Positions 17,801 through 24,904 of a stretch of DNA of 32,000 bases are shown in pieces. Both the position numbers and the translations under genes were made by a program. The DNA comes from Candidatus Harpocratesius repetitus. GTDB lineage: Archaea > Asgardarchaeota > Lokiarchaeia > Sigyniarchaeales > Promethearchaeaceae. Under the pieces are notes generated by a model that made no database searches, was not told the origin of the DNA, and was given only the letters and a program-made list of their open reading frames with translations. Numbering within the stretch: the stretch's first letter is position 1; every line of letters starts with the position of its first letter. The DNA is taken from contig JAIZWK010000001.1 in the NCBI GenBank assembly GCA_021498095.1, forward strand, positions 3,060,001-3,092,000. Reading direction: 5' to 3'.

Positions 17801-18988
17801 ATGGAAAAAGATATAGAAAACACCTATATATATTTGGATCATGCAGCCACAACACCTTTAGATCCAATAGTTTTTTCTGAAATGATTCCCTACTTACAAA
17901 ATTACTATGGAAATGCATCTTCAATGCATGGTATTGGCAGATTCTCTAGAAAAGCCATTGAATCTGCCCGCCAACGAATCGCTCAATGTATTGGGGCACA
18001 ACCTGAAGAAATTATATTTACAGGCAGTGGAACAGAAGCAGACAATATTGCCATTATTGGAACTGCTATGAAAATGAAGCGATATGGAAAGCATGTGATT
18101 ACAACAACAATCGAACATCCCGCTGTGCGGAATTGTTTTCGAAAATTGCAGATTGAAGGTTTTGAAGTATCTTATCTTTCTGTTGATAGTGAAGGACGCA
18201 TTTCTGTAGATGAATTTAAGAGACTAATTCGAAAAGATACCATTTTAGTATCTATCATGTATGCAAATAATGAAATCGGAAGTATTCAGCCAATTCAAGA
18301 CATTGCTGAAATAACCAACCAACACGGTATTATTTTTCACACAGATGCGGTTCAAGCTTTTGGAAAATTACCAATAAATGTTCAAAATGAAAAATTTGAT
18401 TTATTATCTGCTTCTGCTCATAAAATTTACGGCCCTAAAGGAATTGGAATGTTGTACATTCGAAATAGAGGTAGAAATCCAAAAAGGGGTGTTTATATTA
18501 TTCCAATTACTTATGGTGGAGGTCAAGAATTTGGATTTCGTTCAGCTACCGAAAATGTGGCAAATATCATTGGATTTGCGAAAGCAGTTGAATTATGTTA
18601 TGAAAATATGGATAAAATTGAAGCTCGATTGAAAAACATGCGCGATGACTTAATAAAATGGATTCTAACTAATATACCAGGAAGTTTTATCAATGGAGGA
18701 TTAAATCACAGACTACCAAATAATATTAATGTTGGATTTGAAGGAATTCAGGGAACAGACTTGCTGAAAAAATTAGATCAAGAGAAAATTGCTGTATCTG
18801 TCGGTTCTGCTTGCCATTCGAAATCTCAAGATGTCTCTTTTGTGCTCACTGCAATAGGATTATCTGAAGAGTTGGCAGCCTCATCCATACGATTAACTTT
18901 AGGAAAAAATACCACAAATGCTCAGCTTGAATATGTTAAAAATACTTTAAAACGTTGTGTGGAAGAATTACGCTTGAAAAATAAATAA
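17801..18988 (+). CDS. iscS: Class I cysteine desulfurase (IscS/NifS-type)
   Basis: YLDHAATTP, GNASSMH, EHPAV, NNEIGSIQP, HTDAVQ, PLP Lys in SAHKIYGPKG, catalytic Cys in SVGSACHS. Confidence 0.96.
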   Translation: MEKDIENTYIYLDHAATTPLDPIVFSEMIPYLQNYYGNASSMHGIGRFSRKAIESARQRIAQCIGAQPEEIIFTGSGTEADNIAIIGTAMKMKRYGKHVITTTIEHPAVRNCFRKLQIEGFEVSYLSVDSEGRISVDEFKRLIRKDTILVSIMYANNEIGSIQPIQDIAEITNQHGIIFHTDAVQAFGKLPINVQNEKFDLLSASAHKIYGPKGIGMLYIRNRGRNPKRGVYIIPITYGGGQEFGFRSATENVANIIGFAKAVELCYENMDKIEARLKNMRDDLIKWILTNIPGSFINGGLNHRLPNNINVGFEGIQGTDLLKKLDQEKIAVSVGSACHSKSQDVSFVLTAIGLSEELAASSIRLTLGKNTTNAQLEYVKNTLKRCVEELRLKNK

Positions 18989-19124
18989 TAACTCAATCAT
19001 TCTTCATCAATATGTGAAAAATTAAGTTCGTTTTGAAAAATTTTTCTGATAGAAATTAAAAATACATCAAAAAGAACATTGAAAAAAATCAACTTATATC
19101 AATAGAATCTTTGCACTTGGTCGA

Positions 19125-19433
19125 TTATAACCAAGACATCAATTTTTCTGCAGCTTCAATTAAATCGATTAAAGTTCCATAGGAAATAGGCTTGATAAAT
19201 TCAAATATTTTTTCTTTTTTTATCCCTCGAGCTTCAAGATCTTCAAGTAAAACGCTAATGGTCCAACCTTGTTTATCAAAATCAATAAATTCTGATTCGC
19301 CTTTGATTGCGCCAAATACTCCATCTTGCATTAAAACTAAATGACAATCTTCCCAATTTTTAGTGAACATTAACAAATCTTGAATTTTTTGATGCTCTAC
19401 TCCAGATTGTCCATATAATATTAAGTGTTTCAT
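19125..19433 (-). CDS. dsrH: DsrH/TusB-family subunit
   Basis: LVLMQDGVFGAI...VLLEDLEARGI...ISYGTLIDLIE; GGAGG ribosome-binding site; third gene of the dsrE-F-H run. Confidence 0.85.
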   Translation of the reverse strand: MKHLILYGQSGVEHQKIQDLLMFTKNWEDCHLVLMQDGVFGAIKGESEFIDFDKQGWTISVLLEDLEARGIKKEKIFEFIKPISYGTLIDLIEAAEKLMSWL

Positions 19434-19454
19434 ACATTCATTCCTCCATTTTTT

Positions 19455-19820
19455 TTACATATGGAACACCATCGAATATTCATCGATGATTCCGGGAAGG
19501 TCGTCTCGATTTACTACAGTCAACGCTTCATAATCAATAAGATCTTCTTCTGAAAATCCAAATTGGAAAAGGTCTTCACGAACAACGACAATTGGAAGTT
19601 CAGTTAAATCGGCCATCTCTATACCTTCGTCCATAGCATCCATATTAACTCTTTCTGGATTTAGATTATTTACTAGGTTAGTCACACCAGCTTGATAAAA
19701 TACTAATTTGCAATCTATATCTTCCCCTAAGCCCAAATATCCTGCACCTAATCTTATTGCTTCAACACCGGAATTTGTACCAAAGGGACCATTCTTGCAT
19801 AAAATTAAAACAGATTCCAC
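19455..19820 (-). CDS. dsrF: DsrF/TusC-family subunit
   Basis: ILCKNGPFGTNSGVEAIRLGAG, LVFYQAGV, VVREDL..FG; GTG start with GGAGG upstream. Confidence 0.85.
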   Translation of the reverse strand: MESVLILCKNGPFGTNSGVEAIRLGAGYLGLGEDIDCKLVFYQAGVTNLVNNLNPERVNMDAMDEGIEMADLTELPIVVVREDLFQFGFSEEDLIDYEALTVVNRDDLPGIIDEYSMVFHM

Positions 19821-19860
19821 TTTTTTGCCTCCATACTATTTAATGAAATACTATCATGCA

Positions 19861-20214
19861 TTAAGCATGATTACCAAAAACAATCACCTTATCTGCTGTT
19901 GCAGTTAAATTTGATAATTCACCTAAACCAGTTATATCTGCTCCATCAATTGCATTCTCTTTAAAAATTGCAAAATTATCTGCCCATGTTTGGCATGCTA
20001 TGATTGGAACACCTAACTTTTCTAATTCTGAGGGAATATTACGAGTATTTTTCCCTAAATGAGCACCTTTTTGAATATTAAGAACACCACTTCCAAAAAA
20101 GAAAATGCCCAAAATTTCGTGGTTTTTTTCTTTTGCAGCATGTACAATATTCAAGAGAGTATAAACAGGTTGAAATTTTAGGAATTCAGTCATTACAACA
20201 AAAGCTAGCTTCAT
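19861..20214 (-). CDS. dsrE: DsrE/TusD-family subunit carrying the conserved sulfur-accepting Cys
   Basis: HEILGIFFFGSGVLN, IIACQTWA, GLGELSNLTATADKVIVF. The start is placed at M18 of the 19861-20265 ORF (GGAG upstream); the extra N-terminus overlaps a T-rich tract. Confidence 0.85.
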   Translation of the reverse strand: MKLAFVVMTEFLKFQPVYTLLNIVHAAKEKNHEILGIFFFGSGVLNIQKGAHLGKNTRNIPSELEKLGVPIIACQTWADNFAIFKENAIDGADITGLGELSNLTATADKVIVFGNHA

Positions 20215-20261
20215 TTGTTCATTCTCCATCAATATGATTGAAAAAAAAAGAAAAAATAAAA

Positions 20262-20486
20262 TCAATCTTTTTTAATTAAAAACGTAAAAACACCATTATC
20301 TTCCTTCATCTCTACCAGGGTGCATCCTGTCTTTTTTAATAACGGAGGTATATCGACTTTTGCACCTGCATCATCAGCCACAAACTCGAAAGTTTGTCCT
20401 GAAGTCATTTTTTTGATTATTTTTTTTGTTTTCAGGACGGGCATGGGACATTTGAGTCCTTTAAAATCTTCTGTAAAATCTGCCAT
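20262..20486 (-). CDS. tusA: TusA-family sulfur carrier (copy 3, heading the dsrEFH run)
   Basis: EDFKGLKCPMPVLKTKK...SGQTFEFVADDAGAKVDIP; the start is placed at M13 of the 20262-20522 ORF. Confidence 0.9.
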   Translation of the reverse strand: MADFTEDFKGLKCPMPVLKTKKIIKKMTSGQTFEFVADDAGAKVDIPPLLKKTGCTLVEMKEDNGVFTFLIKKD

Positions 20487-20546
20487 ATAATTCACGTCAT
20501 ATAAGATTGTATAAATCGACAATCGTCACCGATTCTCGAATAAAAG

Positions 20547-20630
20547 TGCACATTTGTTTTAGTCTTAAAATAAAAGACCAAAAAATGTACAGTTAGTAAT
20601 TTATTTATACAGATCTTAATAAATCTTTTT
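20547..20630 (-). promoter_or_regulatory. tusA-dsrEFH promoter: BRE/TATA plus TGTACATT-N29-AATG element (copy 3)
   Basis: Minus strand: AAAAAGA-TTTATTAA (TATA 20623-20616), TGTACATT at 20591-20584, AATGTGCA at 20554-20547. Confidence 0.7.
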
Positions 20631-20641
20631 TCATTCTTTTT

Positions 20642-21166
20642 TCACTTTTTACTGAAATATTCAGCATAATATTGAATATATCCAGCATAAGCCATCAATG
20701 CTTCTGGGCTTTTAAAAACAATTTGAAAAGATTGAGTATTAATTGGCAAAAAATGAATATCAGAATGAATATAACGATAATTTTCTTGAAGTAATTCCAT
20801 CATTAAGTTTGCATTATTATTAGGAAATTCAATTAAAAAAATCAATCCTGATTTTGGAAAAAATGCAATTATATCAGATAATTTGAAGAAAATATTTTCT
20901 TGAAAATTTATTTGTTCTGGTTGAATTTTTCTGAACAAATTACTTCGTTCTTGATATGTTTTAATAATATTTTGCTCACTTGTTCCAAAAATGATGAAAC
21001 CTTTATCGAAAAACTCTAAAAATAGAGGAGATCTTGCTTTTTGTAAATTTTCGTTTAAGAATCTTTCGAAACGTTGTATATACGCAATTATTTCCCGTTG
21101 AGTGGTGCTCACCATTAAAAACATAATTTGGGAACTTGCGTCTGCCATACTCTTTTGACCGATCAA
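20642..21166 (-). CDS. Hypothetical protein
   Basis: 174-aa ORF filling the gap between pncB and tusA, on the same strand; no recognised motif. Confidence 0.65.
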   Translation of the reverse strand: MIGQKSMADASSQIMFLMVSTTQREIIAYIQRFERFLNENLQKARSPLFLEFFDKGFIIFGTSEQNIIKTYQERSNLFRKIQPEQINFQENIFFKLSDIIAFFPKSGLIFLIEFPNNNANLMMELLQENYRYIHSDIHFLPINTQSFQIVFKSPEALMAYAGYIQYYAEYFSKK

Positions 21167-21238
21167 TAACTTATAAATTTAAGCACCATAACTAAAAAAA
21201 AAGAAAAATTCTGAAAAAAAATTGGGGCGTTTTTAACG

Positions 21239-22408
21239 CTACTGTGAGGTAAAAACACGTTTCAGATAATTTAGATATTGAACATCTTCACACATTCCCT
21301 TTTCGGGAGTATCAGATATTTTTGCTACTGGTTGATGATTACAACGAACCATTTTAATAACAATTTGAATGGGTTTTGTTTCAGGAAAATCATTTGTGAG
21401 ATTGGTGCCGATACCAAAAGAAACACCAATCCTATCACCAAAAGTGGTAAGTAAAGATTTTGCCCGTTCAAAATCCAATCCATCAGAAAAGATTACAACT
21501 TTTGTTTTAGGATCAATATTTAGATTTTGATAATGTTTTATGATTTTTTCGCAAGATTCTATAGGATCTCCGCTATCTTGGCGCACCCCATCATATAACT
21601 TCGCAAAATATTTATCAAAATCCCGCAGAAAGGCATCGATTCCTAGGGTATCAGATAGTGCAATACCTAAATCACCTCGATATTCATCAACCCACTTTTG
21701 AAGCATGTATTTTTGACTATCGACCAAGCGCACACCTATTGCTTGACCTGCTTGAATGAATTCATGAGCCATCGTCCCTATCGGCTTAATATCAAATTCT
21801 TTTGCAAAGAACACGTTACTGGTTCCCACAAAATTTCGTTTGTTAATTTTTGATTGAACCAAAATTTTGAGAAGATTTCGCTGCCATTCAAAAGAAAATC
21901 GACGTCGGGTACCAAAATCTGCAAATCGATAATTATTTCCGAGAGAATAAGACAACTCAATCTTTTCTTGAAGTCGAGCAATGGCTCCATCATAATCAGG
22001 TTTTATTACATGGTGGTTAAAATAAATTTCATTTACAATAGCTAAAATAGGAACTTCAAATAAGATAGTCAAAAACCAAGGTCCTGCAATTCTAATTTGT
22101 AATTCCTTATCTTCCTCATAAATTTTAACGTGTTCACGATTAAGTTGGAGTAATTGTAAGAAATCAATAAAATCCTTTTTAATAAAAGGAAGACTTTGCA
22201 AGTATTCCAATTCATCTTTTGAAAAGCGTAATTTACAAAGAAAATCCACTTCTTCTCGAATTTCATCAATATATGGAAGAAGATTAACTTCAGGAGTGCG
22301 ACATTTAAATTTATATTCCACATCAATCTCTGGAAAGTGGTGCAGTACTACCTGCTGCATGGTAAATTTATATAAATCATTATCCAGCAATGAATTAATT
22401 ATCGGCAT
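21239..22408 (-). CDS. pncB: Nicotinate phosphoribosyltransferase
   Basis: LLDNDLYKFTMQ, DFGTRRRFS, GTSNV, GTMAHE, GVRQDSGDP, IFSDGLD, FGIGTNLTND; the start is placed at M12 of the 21239-22441 ORF. Confidence 0.96.
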   Translation of the reverse strand: MPIINSLLDNDLYKFTMQQVVLHHFPEIDVEYKFKCRTPEVNLLPYIDEIREEVDFLCKLRFSKDELEYLQSLPFIKKDFIDFLQLLQLNREHVKIYEEDKELQIRIAGPWFLTILFEVPILAIVNEIYFNHHVIKPDYDGAIARLQEKIELSYSLGNNYRFADFGTRRRFSFEWQRNLLKILVQSKINKRNFVGTSNVFFAKEFDIKPIGTMAHEFIQAGQAIGVRLVDSQKYMLQKWVDEYRGDLGIALSDTLGIDAFLRDFDKYFAKLYDGVRQDSGDPIESCEKIIKHYQNLNIDPKTKVVIFSDGLDFERAKSLLTTFGDRIGVSFGIGTNLTNDFPETKPIQIVIKMVRCNHQPVAKISDTPEKGMCEDVQYLNYLKRVFTSQ

Positions 22409-22550
22409 AATGAACACATGAAAAATAATTGTTATATTCACAAGACATTTAATATTTAGTAATAGATGGAAGGAACTCCTTATTAACTGTGTGTGCTAGA
22501 ATTATATTATGATCTATTACTAATAAATAAATGAAGTAAAGGAAAAAAAA

Positions 22551-23075
22551 ATGAAGAAAAAAGGATTAAAAAATGAAAAACATTTATTCAATTCATCAGA
22601 TTCACCAAATCATAATGAAGATGAATTTGACTTGTTTGTTTCAGAATTACAAATGAAGATCGATGAAGAAAATAGGAAAGATTTTTCAAAACATGCTTTA
22701 GAGCTTGGTGATAATCCTTACCACCACCAGATTCCAGAAAACTCTGAAAAAATGATCCAAGGTGAATGGAGAGGACCTTGTGGTGATTCTGTGCGTTGGT
22801 ATCTTGATATCAAAAATAATTCCCAAAAAAAACCCTATATAAAGGCAGCTTATTACACTACAGATGGATGCACAACAACATCTATTGCGAGTTCTCAAAC
22901 AGCATTATTGGTTGAAAATCTAACAATTTCACAAGCCCGTAAAATTAATGATGACATTGTTCTCAAAGCTTTAGGAAATTTTCCAGAAAAAGATCATCAT
23001 TGTGTAACGCTTGCATTAACTTCCCTAAATATAGCTTTAGATAACTTTGAAAAAAAAATCAATAAGAGGGTTTAA
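22551..23075 (+). CDS. iscU: IscU/NifU-N-type Fe-S cluster scaffold
   Basis: Three conserved Cys in GPCGD, DGCTTTSIASS and DHHCVTLA. Confidence 0.9.
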   Translation: MKKKGLKNEKHLFNSSDSPNHNEDEFDLFVSELQMKIDEENRKDFSKHALELGDNPYHHQIPENSEKMIQGEWRGPCGDSVRWYLDIKNNSQKKPYIKAAYYTTDGCTTTSIASSQTALLVENLTISQARKINDDIVLKALGNFPEKDHHCVTLALTSLNIALDNFEKKINKRV

Positions 23076-23383
23076 AGATAACCTTCTTCATCCATTTCAT
23101 CTATTTGATAATAATATTGCTTCAAACTATCTTTTGCTTCTTGCCACTGCTGTTCATCTCCACTGAGCAATGCATCTAAATGCCTTTCAAGCATTTTCAT
23201 AGCAGCCAAACGCTCTCTTGGTGGAACTTTATTTAAACAAATTTCTAAATCAACAAGATCATAAATTCCTATAGATTGTAGAATATCCCGCGTAAGATCT
23301 CGATCAGGATATGAAAGTTTTTTAAATTGAGCAATTTTTGCTAAAATTGCTTCTTTATCTAATTTTTGAGCTATTTTACTCAC
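23072..23383 (-). CDS. Small helical hypothetical protein with acidic C-terminus
   Basis: 103-aa ORF downstream of aspS; its stop overlaps the iscU stop by 4 nt. Confidence 0.65.
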   Translation of the reverse strand: MSKIAQKLDKEAILAKIAQFKKLSYPDRDLTRDILQSIGIYDLVDLEICLNKVPPRERLAAMKMLERHLDALLSGDEQQWQEAKDSLKQYYYQIDEMDEEGYL

Positions 23384-23464
23384 CTGTTATCCATGAACTT
23401 TCATTATTAAGCATATTTTAAAGAGATCCAAAAGATATAAAAAAAAATTTCGAGTAAAGAAAAA

Positions 23465-24859
23465 TTAAGGATCAAGGCGATCAGGGGTGCGGGGATACAT
23501 TACACATTCCTTAATTTGATCAACACCTGTAATTATTTGGAGCCATCTGGCGACTCCCATACCTAAACCGGCATGAGGAGGCATTCCATATTCAAATGCT
23601 TGTAAGTGACTTTTAAAACTATCAGGGTTAAGACCTTTTTCGCGCAGATTTTTCTCTAACAAATCTCGTTCATGCACTCGAGTGCCACCAGATGCCAACT
23701 CCAACCAACCTTTTTGAAGATCAAAGCCGTGACTTAAAGTTGGATTCTCAGGATCATAATGAATATAAAATGGTTTAGATTCCATTGGCCACTTGATGAT
23801 GAAATAATATCCTGGAAGAAGAGAATCCAATTTTCGATAAGCTTCTGTAGAGATATCTTTACCAAATTCTATTTTTATTCCTAATTTTTCATCAAGCATC
23901 TTAAGAATATCTTCATAAGTGTATCGAGGTAGAGGTAACTCTGGAATTTCAAATTTTTCCCATTGATTTAATTTTTTCAAATCTTCACTGCATCTTTCTT
24001 TAATTTTTGTTAAAACATGAACTACCATTCGCTCTACCATTTTTAAAACATCGGTGTAATCTGCAAATCCCATTTCCATATCGATTTGATAGATTTCACA
24101 GAGATGTCTGTTTGTAAAGGATTTTTCTGCCCTAAAACATGGTCCAATTTCAAAAACTCGCTCATAAACGCTACATAATCGTTCTTTGTATAATTGGGCG
24201 CTTTGTGATAAATAAGCATCTCGATCGAAATATTTGATTGGGAACAACTCAGTCCCTCCTTCGGTGGCGCTGCCAATGATTTTAGGTGTAATTATTTCAG
24301 TAAAATGCTCTGATATCAAGAAATTTCGTGTTTCTTCCAATAATACAGACTGTATATGGAAAATTGCTAAATTTCGGGGATGTCGCAGATCTAAAGCCCT
24401 GTGATTTAAGCGAGTATCCAAGTCAGACATTGTTTTTCCAGTCATATCTAATGGAAGTTGTTCAACTGCTGAATTCATAATACGAATTTCTATTGGAATC
24501 AATTCTACACCATGAGGTGCTTTAGCAAATGCTTTCAGACTTCCTCGAATAATAACTGACCATTGATGACCGATGGATTTCATTTTTTCAAATAATTCAT
24601 CGCTAACAACTCCTTTTTTGGCTGTTACTTGAACTTGTCCGTATTTATCTTGAAGAACCATAAAAATCATTGCACCGAGTTTTCGGACTCTAGAAACCCA
24701 TCCTGCAACAACTACTTCCTGATCGGCTAATTTCGGGGTTAAATCAGTTGAAAAATGTGTTTTTCGAAGATTGCCGAGAGGTTCATAAATTTCATTGCCC
24801 ATAGATCTCTCAATGAACATTATTTCATTAACTTTTTCATCCTTTTTCACTTTTTTCAA
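23465..24859 (-). CDS. aspS: Archaeal-type aspartyl-tRNA synthetase, probably non-discriminating
   Basis: OB-fold VAGWV...LGAMIFMVLQD; GSATEGGTELF; QSAQLYK; motif 2 FRAEKSFTNRHLCE; motif 3 GMPPHAGLGMG. The true start is probably M20 (24802). Confidence 0.93.
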   Translation of the reverse strand: MKKVKKDEKVNEIMFIERSMGNEIYEPLGNLRKTHFSTDLTPKLADQEVVVAGWVSRVRKLGAMIFMVLQDKYGQVQVTAKKGVVSDELFEKMKSIGHQWSVIIRGSLKAFAKAPHGVELIPIEIRIMNSAVEQLPLDMTGKTMSDLDTRLNHRALDLRHPRNLAIFHIQSVLLEETRNFLISEHFTEIITPKIIGSATEGGTELFPIKYFDRDAYLSQSAQLYKERLCSVYERVFEIGPCFRAEKSFTNRHLCEIYQIDMEMGFADYTDVLKMVERMVVHVLTKIKERCSEDLKKLNQWEKFEIPELPLPRYTYEDILKMLDEKLGIKIEFGKDISTEAYRKLDSLLPGYYFIIKWPMESKPFYIHYDPENPTLSHGFDLQKGWLELASGGTRVHERDLLEKNLREKGLNPDSFKSHLQAFEYGMPPHAGLGMGVARWLQIITGVDQIKECVMYPRTPDRLDP

Positions 24860-24904
24860 CTTTTGAACACTTTAGTAACTTGTTAATGAATTGATCCTTC
24901 GTAA

